From contig OZ242296.1 in assembly GCA_965207735.1 (NCBI GenBank), positions 352,001-416,000 on the forward strand: 64,000 nucleotides of DNA, written 5' to 3'. This document shows positions 10,352 to 21,131 of the stretch, piece by piece. The stretch is from Candidatus Versatilivorator sp. (lineage in GTDB: Bacteria > Acidobacteriota > Terriglobia > Versatilivoradales > Versatilivoraceae). Positions within the stretch are counted from its first letter, which is position 1. Every line of letters begins with the position of its first letter. A model generated the notes under the pieces. That model made no database searches. It was not told where the DNA came from and saw only the letters and a list, made by a program, of their open reading frames with translations. Both the position numbers and the translations under genes were made by a program.

Positions 10352-12130
10352 CTAGTTGAAAGGCCAGAGGCGGGGGATCAGCAGGGTGGCCGCCAGCCAG
10401 CTGATGAGGCTCAGCCATGCTCCCACCTTGAAGTAATCGGTAAACCGATACCCCCCCGGGCCGTACACCATGGTGTTGGTCTGATACCCGATTGGCGTCA
10501 GGAAACTGCAGGAGGCGGCAAAAGCCACGCAAAAGGCGAAGGGCCGGGGATCCCAACCGCCCTGATGGGCGATGGAGATGGCGATGGGAGTCAACAGGGC
10601 GGCGGTGGCATTGTTGGACATGAGCTCGGTCAAACCCATGGTCAACAGGTAGAGCACGGCGATCAACGCCACCGGACCCAGGGTGCCGGACCACCCCACC
10701 AGGCTGTCGGCTATGGCGTTGGCCGTACCGGTTTTTTCCATGGCCGTTCCCAGGGCGAGAGTTCCCCCGATCAGGATGACAATGCGCCAGTCCACCGCAA
10801 GGTAGGCCTGCCGGAGGGTGATGCAGCGCGTAAGGACCATCAGCACGGCGCCGAACAGAGCCGCTAATTCGATGGGTAGCCGCTGTGAGGCCGCGGCGGC
10901 AATCACCCCCAGAAAGATGAGGACCGCGACGGGAAGCTTGCTGAAACGGAAATCGGAGCCTTGAGACTCCTCCAGGATCAGCATGAAATCGGAGTCCTGC
11001 CTCAAATTGCCCAGAATTTGCTTGCGCACCTGGACCAGCAGCATGTCCCCCACCCGCAAGCGTACCCGCCCCAGTTTGTCCCGGATCTGGCTTCCGTGTC
11101 TCCGGATCGCCAGGGCCGTGGCCTGGTAGCGCTGGCGGAAGTTGGCTTCCTTCAGCGTCAGGCCGATCAGGGACGATTCAGGTGAAATGACGGCCTCGGC
11201 CAAGGTGATGTCTTCCGATTTCAGGTCGCGGTCACTCAGCTTGACGTCGGCCAGGATGTCGACTCCTTCGGTGTCGCGGACCTTCAGGATATTGTCCAGG
11301 TTCCCCTTCACGATCAGGATGTCTCCGCCCTTGAGCCGGATGTCCTGCAGGAACAACCCGAGCTTCTCGCGGCCGCGCTGGATTTCCAGGACCTCGATGT
11401 CCAGCTGTTGGCTGAATTCGGTCTCTCTCAGCGACTTGTCCAGCAGCGGCGAATCCTCCCGAATCAGCAGCTCCGTCAGGTACTCGCGGAGCCGGTATCC
11501 CTCGGTGAGACTGGCTTCGGTAGGCCGATAGGGGAGCTTTCTCTGTCCGATGGCCAGCATATAGACGGCGCCCAGACCCAGCAGGACCAGGCCCAGGCCA
11601 CTGAACTCGAACATCTGGAAGGGAGGTCGCTCCCGGGCAGCGTAGATGGTGCCGACGATGATATTGGTCGAGGTGCCGATATAGGTGCAGGCCCCTCCCA
11701 GGATGGCCGCGTAGGAGAGCGGAAGCAGCATTTTGGAGGGGCTCAGCTTCTTCTCACGGGCGATATTCAGGACCAGGGGAATAAACATGGCCACGGCCGC
11801 CGTGTTGCTGATGAAGGCGGAAAGCAGGGCGATGACCGGGATAATCACGGCCAACTGGGTGAACTCGGAGGATCCGCCCAGCGCCGAGACTTTCTGTCCC
11901 AGCCTGGCCACCGCCCCGGTTCGGATCAAGCCGGCGCTCAGAACCAGCATGGCCGCCACCGTGACCGGGGCCGGATGGCTGAAGCCCGAGAAGCCCTCGG
12001 CGGGGGTCAGCACCCCGGTGAGTATCAACAGCCCCACCACCAGCAGAGCCGTCAGGTCTATGGGAAACAGCTCGGTTACGAAAAGGACCAGGGCCAGCAA
12101 CAGGATGGCTGAGACAATCAACATCTCCAC
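10352..12130 (-). CDS. SLC13-family permease with TrkA-C domains
   Basis: SAFISNTAAV, GTSTN, ELMSNNAT, TPIGYQTN; many transmembrane segments. Confidence 0.9.
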   Translation of the reverse strand: MEMLIVSAILLLALVLFVTELFPIDLTALLVVGLLILTGVLTPAEGFSGFSHPAPVTVAAMLVLSAGLIRTGAVARLGQKVSALGGSSEFTQLAVIIPVIALLSAFISNTAAVAMFIPLVLNIAREKKLSPSKMLLPLSYAAILGGACTYIGTSTNIIVGTIYAARERPPFQMFEFSGLGLVLLGLGAVYMLAIGQRKLPYRPTEASLTEGYRLREYLTELLIREDSPLLDKSLRETEFSQQLDIEVLEIQRGREKLGLFLQDIRLKGGDILIVKGNLDNILKVRDTEGVDILADVKLSDRDLKSEDITLAEAVISPESSLIGLTLKEANFRQRYQATALAIRRHGSQIRDKLGRVRLRVGDMLLVQVRKQILGNLRQDSDFMLILEESQGSDFRFSKLPVAVLIFLGVIAAAASQRLPIELAALFGAVLMVLTRCITLRQAYLAVDWRIVILIGGTLALGTAMEKTGTANAIADSLVGWSGTLGPVALIAVLYLLTMGLTELMSNNATAALLTPIAISIAHQGGWDPRPFAFCVAFAASCSFLTPIGYQTNTMVYGPGGYRFTDYFKVGAWLSLISWLAATLLIPRLWPFN

Positions 12131-12319
12131 GGTGATTCTCTCCGAGTCAGGGTCCGGGCAGGTTCTCCCGGTTGGGGGGCAACGTTCTCGGCAGGCTGGC
12201 CAAGGCCCGTTGTGGCCTCGCGGTCTGCGCAGGTCGCCTGTGCCGCCGGCTGCCGCACCGGTCTACGGCCCAACGGTTTTACCGAAGCGGCAATCGGCAT
12301 GGGGCCGCAATTTCGGCGT

Positions 12320-12325
12320 TATAAT
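12320..12325 (+). promoter_or_regulatory. Putative -10 box for a leaderless transcript
   Basis: Perfect TATAAT 6 nt before the ATG at 12332; no Shine-Dalgarno sequence. Confidence 0.45.
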
Positions 12326-12331
12326 GCCACC

Positions 12332-13207
12332 ATGGTCCGGAAATTGCTAATTTGCATGGTTCTTGCTTTAGCCTGGGGGAAAGCCGGGATAGGGACGGCA
12401 TTGGAGGTCCAGGCACCTGTCCGCCTGGATGCGATTCTGAAGCGGGTGATCGACAACCAGATGGAGAACGATCGAGCCCGCTACCGCTATGTGTACGAGG
12501 AAAAGGCGGTGGTGGACCGCTACGACTCCACCGGGAACATCGAGGAATCGGTTTCCAGGACCTATACCTGGATTCACACCGAGTTGGAGTCCTTCTCCAA
12601 GCTGACTTCCATTAATGGCGCTCGTTACGATCGGCAGTATCTTCAAGCCCAGGACAGAGCCATCCAGCGGTCCATCTCCGGTGCCCAGCGGCTCTCTCCC
12701 CGAAAACGGAAGGCAAGAATCGCCAGAACCCGGCGGGAACGGGACGGGCAAATGCAGACTGAGATCTTTCGGAACCTGTTGGCGGCCTTTCGCTTTACCA
12801 TGACGGGCAGGGGAAACGTGAACGGGTGGGAGACCCTGGTGCTGGACTTCGAGCCGAGAGCGGGCTTCGAGCCGCCCTCGGCCCGTTCCGCCTTTCTGAG
12901 GAGTCTGAGCGGGAAGCTCTGGATTACCCGGGAGTCCCACCAGCCGATCCGTTTGACGGGGAGGCTCGGGGAGGACGTCCGATTCGTGGGAGGATTGTTC
13001 GGCAGTCTCAAGAAAGGCGCCACCATCACCCTGGATCAGGCCGATATCGGCAACGGCCTATGGCTCCCCACCTTTACCACGGTCACCTACCGGCGGAGCC
13101 TACTCTTCAAAGGCGCCCACCGCAGGGAAACCAGCCTGTTTCGCGACTACCGCCTGAATCCCGAATCCCGGCCCACCGATCAGGTCCAGGTCGAGAGCCT
13201 GGACTGA
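12332..13207 (+). CDS. Exported hypothetical protein (possible LolA/MucB-like fold)
   Basis: Signal peptide MVRKLL..., LDFEPR, GKLWI, WLPT. Confidence 0.7.
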   Translation: MVRKLLICMVLALAWGKAGIGTALEVQAPVRLDAILKRVIDNQMENDRARYRYVYEEKAVVDRYDSTGNIEESVSRTYTWIHTELESFSKLTSINGARYDRQYLQAQDRAIQRSISGAQRLSPRKRKARIARTRRERDGQMQTEIFRNLLAAFRFTMTGRGNVNGWETLVLDFEPRAGFEPPSARSAFLRSLSGKLWITRESHQPIRLTGRLGEDVRFVGGLFGSLKKGATITLDQADIGNGLWLPTFTTVTYRRSLLFKGAHRRETSLFRDYRLNPESRPTDQVQVESLD

Positions 13208-13247
13208 GACAGAACACCAGGGCCCGGTTGGGCAGCCTGTGCGTCCC

Positions 13248-13321
13248 TTGACAGGCCGGCGGACCAGCGCATATTCTCCCGGCTGCAGTTCCGGACCAAG
13301 ATGCCGCAGTTCCGGACTAAG
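13248..13321 (+). promoter_or_regulatory. Putative sigma70 promoter and 16-bp direct repeat upstream of acnA
   Basis: TTGACA-18-TATTCT, then GCAGTTCCGGACYAAG at 13285 and 13306. Confidence 0.5.
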
Positions 13322-13344
13322 CCAATCGATCCGCTCGGGGTACC

Positions 13345-16041
13345 GTGAGCCACAATCTCTACAACTCTTTACAGGAATTCAGCCTGGGGAACGGCCGCAG
13401 CGGGCGTTTCTATTCGCTGCCTCAGTTGGAACGGCAGGGGATCGGAGCCATCTCCCGGCTTCCGGTCAGCCTCCGAATCGTCCTGGAATCCCTGCTCCGC
13501 AACTTTGACGGCAACAGGATCACCGAGGAGAACATTCAGGCCCTGGCCAACTGGAAGGCCGGCGCGCCACGCACCGAAGAAATCCCCTTCGTGGTGGCCC
13601 GCATCGTGCTCCAGGACTTCACCGGCGTCCCGCTGCTGGTGGATCTTGCCGCCATGAGATCCGCGGTGGCCCGCATGGGCGGGGAGCCCAAACGGGTCGA
13701 ACCCCTGGTCCCGGTGGACCTGGTGGTGGACCACTCCATACAGGTGGACTACTCCGGAAGCCCCCAGGCCCTGCGGCTGAACATGGAGATGGAATTCCGG
13801 CGCAACCGGGCTCGCTACCAGTTCCTGAAGTGGGGAATGCAGGCGTTCGACCAGTTCAGAGTCATTCCGCCGGGGATAGGAATCGTCCATCAGGTCAACC
13901 TGGAATATCTGGCCCAGGGGGTCGTGGAAAAAGAAGGGGTTTACTACCCGGATACCCTGGTAGGCACCGATTCCCACACCACCATGATCAACGGGTTGGG
14001 GATCCTGGGTTGGGGGGTTGGGGGGATCGAGGCCGAAGCCGGGATGCTGGGGCAGCCCGTCTACTTCCTGACCCCGGACGTGGTCGGGGTTCACCTGACC
14101 GGACGTCTCCGCGAGGGAGTGACGGCCACCGACCTGGTCCTGAAATGCACCGAGATGCTGCGGAAGGCCAATGTGGTGGGAAAGTTCGTGGAATACTTCG
14201 GTGAAGGAGCGGCCTCCCTGCCTGTAACCGACCGGGCCACCATCGCCAACATGGCTCCCGAGTATGGGGCGACCATCGGGTTCTTCCCGGTGGATGAGGA
14301 GACCTGCAACTATCTCCAGGCCACCGGCAGGCGTTCCCAACAGGTGGAGGCATTTCGCAACTACTACAAGGCCCAGGGCCTCTTCGGCATTCCGCGCCAG
14401 GGAGACTGTGACTACAGCCGGGTGCTGGAGGTTGACCTGGGAGAGGTCCAATCCTCGGTGGCCGGTCCCAAGCGCCCCCAGGACCGCCTCGAGCTCGATC
14501 AGTTGAAGCCGACCTTCCTGGAACTGCTGAGCCGGCCTCTCAGCGAGGGTGGATTTGAGCTGAAACCCTCCGCATTGAAGAAGCGTTACCCGCTGGGACT
14601 TCCATCCGGTGCTTCTGTTGTGGGCCATGGCGATGTCTTGATCGCCGCCATCACTTCTTGCACCAACACCTCCAATCCGGGGGTGATGCTGGCGGCCGGA
14701 CTGCTGGCCAGGAAAGCCGTCGAGAAGGGTTTGAACGTCCACCCCACCGTCAAGAGATCCCTGGCACCAGGGTCGCGAGTGGTCTCCCGCTATCTGGAAA
14801 AAACCGGGTTGCAGCCCTACCTGGACCGACTCGGCTTCAACCTGGTCGGCTACGGGTGCACCACCTGCATCGGCAATTCCGGTCCCCTGGATCCGGAGAT
14901 CGAACGGGTGGTGACCGGCAACGACCTGGTTGCCGCCAGCGTCTTGAGCGGGAACCGCAACTTCGAAGCCAGGGTCCACCCCAACATCAAGGCCAATTTC
15001 CTGATGAGTCCCCCCCTGGTGGTCGCCTTTGCGCTTGCCGGGCGCATAGATATCGATCTGTCCTCCGAACCCATCGGACGGGGCAGTGACGGGGAGGAGG
15101 TCTACCTCAAGGACATCTGGCCCAGCCTGCAAGAGGTGAGCGATCTGATGGCGGCTGCCTTCGATCCCGAGACCTTTCGCCGGATGTACGGGGACTCCTC
15201 CGGTACCAACGGTGGGTGGCAGGAGATCCCGGCCACCCGGGGAGACCTTTTCGAGTGGGATCCGGATTCAACCTACATCCAGCAACCGCCCTTTTTCGAG
15301 AACTACTCCCCCGGAGCCGGGGAGGTGGAGGACATCAAGGGCGCCCGTCCGCTGGCGATTCTGGGGGACTCGGTGACTACCGACCACATCAGTCCGGCGG
15401 GGGCCATTGCACAGGCCTCTCCCGCCGGGGCCTATCTGCTGGAGAGTGGGGTTGAGGCCGGGGATTTCAACAGCTATGGGTCGCGCCGGGGAAATGACCG
15501 GGTCATGACCCGCGGCACTTTTGCCAACGTGCGCATCAAGAACCTGATGGTTCCCGGAGTCGAGGGAGGCGTTACCCGCTTCCAGCCGGACGGGACCCGG
15601 ATGACCATCTACGAGGCGGCGCTGCGCTACCGGGAAAAGGGCACTCCCCTCATCGTTCTGGCCGGCCAGGAATACGGAACCGGGAGTTCTCGCGACTGGG
15701 CGGCCAAGGGGACCCGGCTGCTGGGCGTCCGGGCGGTGGTTGCCCGGAGCTTCGAGCGTATCCATCGCAGCAACCTGGTGGGGATGGGAGTGCTGCCTTG
15801 CCAATTCCAGGAGGGAACAGGTGCCGATTCACTCCGCCTGGATGGCAGCGAAGTCTTCGACCTGGTGGGAATCGAGCCCGAGATCCAACCCCGGCAACAG
15901 ATCGATCTGGTGGTTCACCGCCGGGGAGGCCGGACCGACAGGGTCCCGGTTACGGTGCGCATCGATACGCCGGTGGAAGTGGAGTACTACCGCCACCAGG
16001 GCATCCTACCCTACGTGCTGAGTGGATTGATGAAGGCCTGA
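13345..16041 (+). CDS. acnA: Aconitate hydratase A
   Basis: [41 protein letters not shown]. Confidence 0.97.
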   Translation: MSHNLYNSLQEFSLGNGRSGRFYSLPQLERQGIGAISRLPVSLRIVLESLLRNFDGNRITEENIQALANWKAGAPRTEEIPFVVARIVLQDFTGVPLLVDLAAMRSAVARMGGEPKRVEPLVPVDLVVDHSIQVDYSGSPQALRLNMEMEFRRNRARYQFLKWGMQAFDQFRVIPPGIGIVHQVNLEYLAQGVVEKEGVYYPDTLVGTDSHTTMINGLGILGWGVGGIEAEAGMLGQPVYFLTPDVVGVHLTGRLREGVTATDLVLKCTEMLRKANVVGKFVEYFGEGAASLPVTDRATIANMAPEYGATIGFFPVDEETCNYLQATGRRSQQVEAFRNYYKAQGLFGIPRQGDCDYSRVLEVDLGEVQSSVAGPKRPQDRLELDQLKPTFLELLSRPLSEGGFELKPSALKKRYPLGLPSGASVVGHGDVLIAAITSCTNTSNPGVMLAAGLLARKAVEKGLNVHPTVKRSLAPGSRVVSRYLEKTGLQPYLDRLGFNLVGYGCTTCIGNSGPLDPEIERVVTGNDLVAASVLSGNRNFEARVHPNIKANFLMSPPLVVAFALAGRIDIDLSSEPIGRGSDGEEVYLKDIWPSLQEVSDLMAAAFDPETFRRMYGDSSGTNGGWQEIPATRGDLFEWDPDSTYIQQPPFFENYSPGAGEVEDIKGARPLAILGDSVTTDHISPAGAIAQASPAGAYLLESGVEAGDFNSYGSRRGNDRVMTRGTFANVRIKNLMVPGVEGGVTRFQPDGTRMTIYEAALRYREKGTPLIVLAGQEYGTGSSRDWAAKGTRLLGVRAVVARSFERIHRSNLVGMGVLPCQFQEGTGADSLRLDGSEVFDLVGIEPEIQPRQQIDLVVHRRGGRTDRVPVTVRIDTPVEVEYYRHQGILPYVLSGLMKA

Positions 16042-16049
16042 AATGGGCA

Positions 16050-16784
16050 TCAACGCGATGGCGGCAGTTTCTGCTCAATCCTTTCGAAATCCGGAGGCAC
16101 TTCAAGCTCGAAGATCCGGTTCGGTAGCCCGGGGTTGATCTTGATGTTGGACAGCAGAATGGTGAGGTGATCCTCGCTGGCCTCGATCAGGCGGGTCTGG
16201 ATGGGGATCCAGTGCGTGTGGTCCACCCACAGCCGGATCTGTGAGAACAGGTTCTTCACGGCGGTGGACCTGGGGTTGAGTTCCAGCAGCGATGTCTGCC
16301 TGCCGTCGACTTGGTCCGTCTTGACGTGGCGAACGTCGTAGTCCCTGCGGATGCTGCGGCCGGATTGCCCGATCCAGAACAGGGGCAGCTGCGTCGTTGC
16401 CGATCCGTTGCCCGTGTCAATTACCTGGTAGCGTTTGATTCTGGGCTCCAAGATTCTCACTTTCCCTTTATCCAGAAGCAGGGTCCGGGAATCCGGTGGG
16501 TGGTAGTCCACCTTGAAGGTGCTTTTCCGGGAACTCTTCTTGTAAAAGAGCTTGCCGGTCTTCTCCGATACTTCGTCGATCACGACGATCTTTTTGGTCT
16601 GTTTCAGGTCCGCACTCAGTGTACTCAAGGTTCTGGACCTGGCATCCATTCTCGACAGGACATTGCTGGCCTCGACCGACAGGCTGCTTTGGGCCAGTCC
16701 CCGCATCGTTCCCGCGCAACCGATCGCCAGCAGGATTGCGAGCCCCGGCGCCATCTTGGTCAGGAATGGGGTTTCAGCTCTCAT
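16050..16784 (-). CDS. LolA-family outer-membrane lipoprotein carrier
   Basis: TLSADLKQTK..GKLFY, LELNPRS, IRLWVD, NIKINPGL...F. Confidence 0.8.
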   Translation of the reverse strand: MRAETPFLTKMAPGLAILLAIGCAGTMRGLAQSSLSVEASNVLSRMDARSRTLSTLSADLKQTKKIVVIDEVSEKTGKLFYKKSSRKSTFKVDYHPPDSRTLLLDKGKVRILEPRIKRYQVIDTGNGSATTQLPLFWIGQSGRSIRRDYDVRHVKTDQVDGRQTSLLELNPRSTAVKNLFSQIRLWVDHTHWIPIQTRLIEASEDHLTILLSNIKINPGLPNRIFELEVPPDFERIEQKLPPSR

Positions 16785-16891
16785 GTCGTTTCCTGGCCCG
16801 GCGATTCATCCAGGTGAGACCAACCGGGGATGGCAACGGAGTCGGCGGGCATTGAAAGGTTACGGGTCTCAGGATCTTCAAGCTGAACTGA

Positions 16892-17299
16892 CTATTCGGG
16901 GTTGGGTCGGGTTGTGATCAGCCAAACGGAATGACCGACGGTCTCGCCGTTACCGCTGACAACAGGTTTGATGTCTTTAATGACGAACGGTTTGTTCAAT
17001 ATCTTCTCGATCCGGGTCCGGGCGGTGTGGGTTAGCCGGAATCCATCCTGACCGGGAAGGATCAGACCAGTGCTGATGAAGAATACCCACTGTCCCTGCT
17101 CAACCTGGGTATAAGAGATATCCTGCCGGCCGAAAGGTTCAGATGAAGTCGGTTTTGGGGCGGGCTGGTCGTGAAACACGCTGCCGGGCGTGAGGAATAT
17201 GAAGAGCAGAATGGCGGCGCACATGACGTCGTATGGGAAGGTGCCGCGTTTGTACGACCACAGAACCACCGACCCCATTCCCTCGACGATTCGTCCCAT
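16892..17299 (-). CDS. Hypothetical membrane-anchored protein
   Basis: WSYKRGTFPYDVMCAAILLFIFLTP with a single transmembrane segment; start MGRIV at 17299. Confidence 0.65.
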   Translation of the reverse strand: MGRIVEGMGSVVLWSYKRGTFPYDVMCAAILLFIFLTPGSVFHDQPAPKPTSSEPFGRQDISYTQVEQGQWVFFISTGLILPGQDGFRLTHTARTRIEKILNKPFVIKDIKPVVSGNGETVGHSVWLITTRPNPE

Positions 17300-17388
17300 C
17301 GATCTCCACCTTGCCGGCTTCCGGTGAGCCGACCTGCCACCATGGATCCTCCCCGCGCTGCCGGCTACCCCCGGGCAAACAGGCGGGG

Positions 17389-18108
17389 TTAGAGAGAAAT
17401 GCGGTCCTCTGCCAGGTTCCACTCGCCGTCCTGCTGCTGAGACACGATCCTCCCGTCCCGCATCTCGATCAAACGGTTGGCGATGGTAGCGGCCTCCGGA
17501 TTGTGGGTGATCATGAGGATGGTTTGACTCAAGGCGCGGTTCAGTTCCTGAATCATCTTCAGCACCACCATCGAATTCCGCGTGTCCAGGTTTCCGGTCG
17601 GTTCATCGGCCAGAAGGATCGCGGGCCTGTTGATGACGGCCCTGGCGATGGCCAGACGCTGCTGCTCCCCACCCGAGAGCTCGGAGGGCTTGTGATGGGT
17701 TTTCGTTTCCAGGCCCAGCAGGTTCAGGATCTCCTCCACATGTTCCCGGTTTCGGCTGCCGTTGCGATGAATCTCCTGAGCTATTTCCAGGTTGCCCTGA
17801 GCGCTCAGGGTGGGCAGCAGATTGAACCGCTGGAACACGAAACCGATCTTGCGGCGACGGATATCGGTGCGAACGGCGTCCTTGCCCGAGGAGACTTCCT
17901 CGCCGTCCACCAGGACCCTGCCGGAGGTGGGAGTGGCCAAGCCCCCCAACAGATGCAGCAAGGTGGATTTGCCGCACCCCGAAGGCCCCATGATGGCGAT
18001 AAATTCTCCCTCCCGGACCTTGAGTGAGACCTCCCGGACAGCAGCGACCTCAATCTTGCCGGTCTTGAAAATCTTGGTGAGTTCTACGGCTTCCAGGATG
18101 GTCTTCAT
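17389..18108 (-). CDS. ABC transporter ATP-binding protein (LolD/MacB-like)
   Basis: [27 protein letters not shown]. Confidence 0.93.
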   Translation of the reverse strand: MKTILEAVELTKIFKTGKIEVAAVREVSLKVREGEFIAIMGPSGCGKSTLLHLLGGLATPTSGRVLVDGEEVSSGKDAVRTDIRRRKIGFVFQRFNLLPTLSAQGNLEIAQEIHRNGSRNREHVEEILNLLGLETKTHHKPSELSGGEQQRLAIARAVINRPAILLADEPTGNLDTRNSMVVLKMIQELNRALSQTILMITHNPEAATIANRLIEMRDGRIVSQQQDGEWNLAEDRISL

Positions 18109-18203
18109 CGGAAAAGTCCTCTAAATGCGACGGCATTATAGCTTAGGGACTGCCAGTTCTGAAGGCGACAGGGAAAAATATCGGGAACGAAGTACTCCGA
18201 ACG

Positions 18204-18221
18204 GAATTTCGCAAAAGGCTC
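18204..18221. repeat. Solo copy of the terminal inverted repeat of the 25484-26970 IS family
   Basis: GAATTTCGCAAAAGGCTC, 17/18 identical to the IS right end. Confidence 0.65.
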
Positions 18222-18305
18222 TCTCCAAAATGAAGTTAAACGCGCCCCTCATTCCCTGCACGTTTCTCAAGAGTAGAATCCCCGGTGAGAAACGGGGGCT
18301 CGCGC

Positions 18306-19412
18306 CTACTCATAAGCCAGAGCCTCGATAGGATCCTGCCTGGCCGCGCGCAGGGCGGGATAGAGGGCTCCCAGGCCGGCGCTGAACAAGGCCAGGAACC
18401 CGGTGAAAAGGAGCCACCGCAAGGGGAGTTGGTGGTGGAGGGTCGGCATCAACCACTGGAAGAAAAGGCGGCCTCCAAAGGTCAATCCCAGTCCCAGCAG
18501 GAACCCCAGTCCCCCCAACACCAGGGCTTCCTTCAGGAAGAGGAGCGAGATATAGCCTTGGTTGGCTCCCAGTGACTTCAGAATGCCGATCTCGTGGGTC
18601 CGCTCGGTTGTGGCCGTGTACATGGAAAGGAAGATGATGAAGAATCCGATCAGGGTGGCAATGAACACCACCGTGTTGGTGAAGAATTTAATGGGCCCAA
18701 AGTCCCGGTTGGCTTCCTCGACGTGGGCGGCGAAGCTGCTCATGTCAAATACGGGGTAGGACTTCAGACGGCGCTCCAACTCGGCCGTGACCTGGGGGAT
18801 GTCGGATGGTTGGTGGCACGTGATCAACATCAAGGTGGCTTGTCGGGGCGTGCCCACCAGCTCCTGCATGGTTCCGATGGGAATGAAGACTCTGGATCCC
18901 TTCCCGTGCTCGACGATGCCGGCAACGCGAAAGGCGTGATTCATCAGCTTGACCTCGTCCCCCAGCCGGAGTTCCCTTCCCTCGGCGTAAATATCGTCGA
19001 TAATGACATCGTTGGGCCCCTGAAAGCCCCTGCCTTCCAGGTAGATGAAGCCCTGGGTGATCCGGTTGAAGCTCTCGAGGTCAATGCCCCAGACGAGTCC
19101 CAGCCCGCCGCTGGTGTTCAATTGGAGATATACGGGTGCCACCGCCTTCACTTTTTCGATCCGGGAAACCAGGTCGGCGATCTTGACCGACATGGCGCCG
19201 GTGCTGGCCGCCAGCACCAGGGAGGAATTGGGCGGTTGCAGGACGATGTCGGCTCCCACGCCGGAGATGCGCTTGCTGTTTTCCCGGAGCATGCCGCTGG
19301 ACAAGCTGACCAGCAGCAGGATCAACGCCACTTCCACCCCGACCGCCAGGGCGGTGGCCAGCGACCGCATGGGGCGGGAACGGACGTTGGACACGACAAG
19401 TTGAGCGCTCAA
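18306..19412 (-). CDS. ABC transporter permease (FtsX/MacB/LolC family)
   Basis: ERTHEIGILKSLGA, YPALRAARQDPIEALAYE. Confidence 0.92.
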   Translation of the reverse strand: MSAQLVVSNVRSRPMRSLATALAVGVEVALILLLVSLSSGMLRENSKRISGVGADIVLQPPNSSLVLAASTGAMSVKIADLVSRIEKVKAVAPVYLQLNTSGGLGLVWGIDLESFNRITQGFIYLEGRGFQGPNDVIIDDIYAEGRELRLGDEVKLMNHAFRVAGIVEHGKGSRVFIPIGTMQELVGTPRQATLMLITCHQPSDIPQVTAELERRLKSYPVFDMSSFAAHVEEANRDFGPIKFFTNTVVFIATLIGFFIIFLSMYTATTERTHEIGILKSLGANQGYISLLFLKEALVLGGLGFLLGLGLTFGGRLFFQWLMPTLHHQLPLRWLLFTGFLALFSAGLGALYPALRAARQDPIEALAYE

Positions 19413-19425
19413 TCGGAGTATCCTC

Positions 19426-20355
19426 TCAGTTCGCTGCTTCCGGCAGTGGGTCGCGGGTCAAGTCAACGACCTGGCGGCGCGGTGACTTCTTCAGGACGAA
19501 GGCGGTAGCGGCCAGGTTGAGGTTGACCTCGATCTCCTGGGCCCGAATTGCCATCCGGTAGGCTTCCTGGGGCTTCTCGAAGCGAACCAGCGCCGGATAG
19601 AGCTGTCCGTCCACGGTGCGAAAATCGCTGTAGTGGATCTCGGATTCCAGACGACCTGCCGGAGCGTAGGTTTGCAGTCTCACGATGTTGAGATCGACCC
19701 GATCGAACCAGATCTTCCGTTTCAGGGACAGACTTCCGCCCGAGGCCCACCGGTTGCAGGACAGGATGTAGAACTTCCGTCCGTCCTGCCGGTGTTCCTC
19801 CAACGAAATCAGCGACGGGTCTGCGCCCTCGAGCGCCTCGAGGGCCAGCGCCTCGAAAATGTGCTGGGGCCGGACGTTGACGGGAACGTCCTTGCGCGGG
19901 GGGATGACCTGGTGGTTGAGCCCTCGGATGAAGGTGTTCTTGCGAGGAACGTCGATCGAGAATTTCGTTCCGTTGGATACCATGTCGATGGCCGTGACCT
20001 GAAACACCTGAACCCTGACCCGGATGTCGGCAGGCTTTCTCAGCAGAATGAACCCATCGCTTTCGCGCCACTCCTTGGTCTCTCCTGTTTCGGGGTTGCG
20101 GCCGGTAAGCTGGTAGGAAACCTTGAGCTTCAAGGATTGAATCGATTTCGATGCCTGGCGAGCCTTGTCAATCAACTCCGTCCTGGTGGCTGTCAGGGCC
20201 GGCGGGGGGGGCTGATCGGTGGGAATCGGCGCCGTCTGGCTCCTGCGGGCAGGACTGCAACCGGATGAAAAGAAAGAAATGCTTGCGGTGGCGAGGACTA
20301 TCAGGGAGAGGCGAGAAAGAGGCAATGGGTTACCTAACATCTTTAAATCGACCAT
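19426..20355 (-). CDS. Putative lipoprotein, LolB/LolA-fold-like
   Basis: Lipobox-like FSSG-C; beta-rich mature region (KIWFDR, YSDF..YP). Confidence 0.6.
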   Translation of the reverse strand: MVDLKMLGNPLPLSRLSLIVLATASISFFSSGCSPARRSQTAPIPTDQPPPPALTATRTELIDKARQASKSIQSLKLKVSYQLTGRNPETGETKEWRESDGFILLRKPADIRVRVQVFQVTAIDMVSNGTKFSIDVPRKNTFIRGLNHQVIPPRKDVPVNVRPQHIFEALALEALEGADPSLISLEEHRQDGRKFYILSCNRWASGGSLSLKRKIWFDRVDLNIVRLQTYAPAGRLESEIHYSDFRTVDGQLYPALVRFEKPQEAYRMAIRAQEIEVNLNLAATAFVLKKSPRRQVVDLTRDPLPEAAN

Positions 20356-20379
20356 GTTACCAAATTAGGTGGAATGGCG

Positions 20380-20991
20380 TCAACTGAATTGAGAGCGCCG
20401 AAACCTGCGAACCAGAAGGACGATGAGGCCCCCCGACACCAACAGGGCCAGGATCGCCCAGGCTACCGTGGGATAGTGGTGTTTCATATAGAAGAGAGCC
20501 TGCTGGCCGTATCGGACGGCCAGGTATCCTTGCAGAAAGTAGCGAAATCCTCGACCCAGGGTGATGGCAAGGAGGAACTTGGCGGGGCTTACCTTGAAGA
20601 TGCTGGCGCTCAGGACAAAGATCTTGAAGGGTGTGGGGGGAGGCAGAATGGATGGAACAATCACGGCTAGAATGCCGTACCGGCGATACCAGCTTCCAAT
20701 TCTTTCCAACTGGCGGGGCGCCAGTTTCTTGCGTGCCAGGACCTCTCCACCCTTGCGTCCGGCAAAATACAGCATCATGCAGCCCAGAATGGAGCCGATC
20801 GTAGTCATGGAGCAGAAGAAAAGCATTTGGTCCGGGGACTGGATCGACAGGGTGATAATCAGGATGTCGTTCACTTCCGGAAGCGAAAGGAATGAGGAAT
20901 CGACCAGCGCGATGAGCAGAAGCGCCCACCCCCCCAGAGGACCCGTCAGCGCCAGGAACCAGCCTTGGACGTTGAGCAAAACCTCTTTCAC
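20380..20991 (-). CDS. DedA/YqaA (VTT domain) membrane protein
   Basis: DSSFLSLPE, SILPPPTPFKIF, GRGFRY. Confidence 0.88.
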   Translation of the reverse strand: MKEVLLNVQGWFLALTGPLGGWALLLIALVDSSFLSLPEVNDILIITLSIQSPDQMLFFCSMTTIGSILGCMMLYFAGRKGGEVLARKKLAPRQLERIGSWYRRYGILAVIVPSILPPPTPFKIFVLSASIFKVSPAKFLLAITLGRGFRYFLQGYLAVRYGQQALFYMKHHYPTVAWAILALLVSGGLIVLLVRRFRRSQFS

Positions 20992-21131
20992 GGGACCCTC
21001 ATCGGCTCGGTGGATTTCAATCGGAATGTAGGTTGGAACGGCTGACGGGCGGGGAAGAAGTCCAAATTGACAAGTCCATCACAATACAGTTTACTCCAGA
21101 GGGTCGTCACCCGAAGAAAAGGAGCCGGTTC

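Noticed and set aside
1890-15132. Long antisense or alternate-frame ORFs (for example 1890-3137, 9374-10867, 13369-15132)
   Set aside because: Shadow ORFs typical of high-GC codon usage; they overlap confident genes and have no motifs
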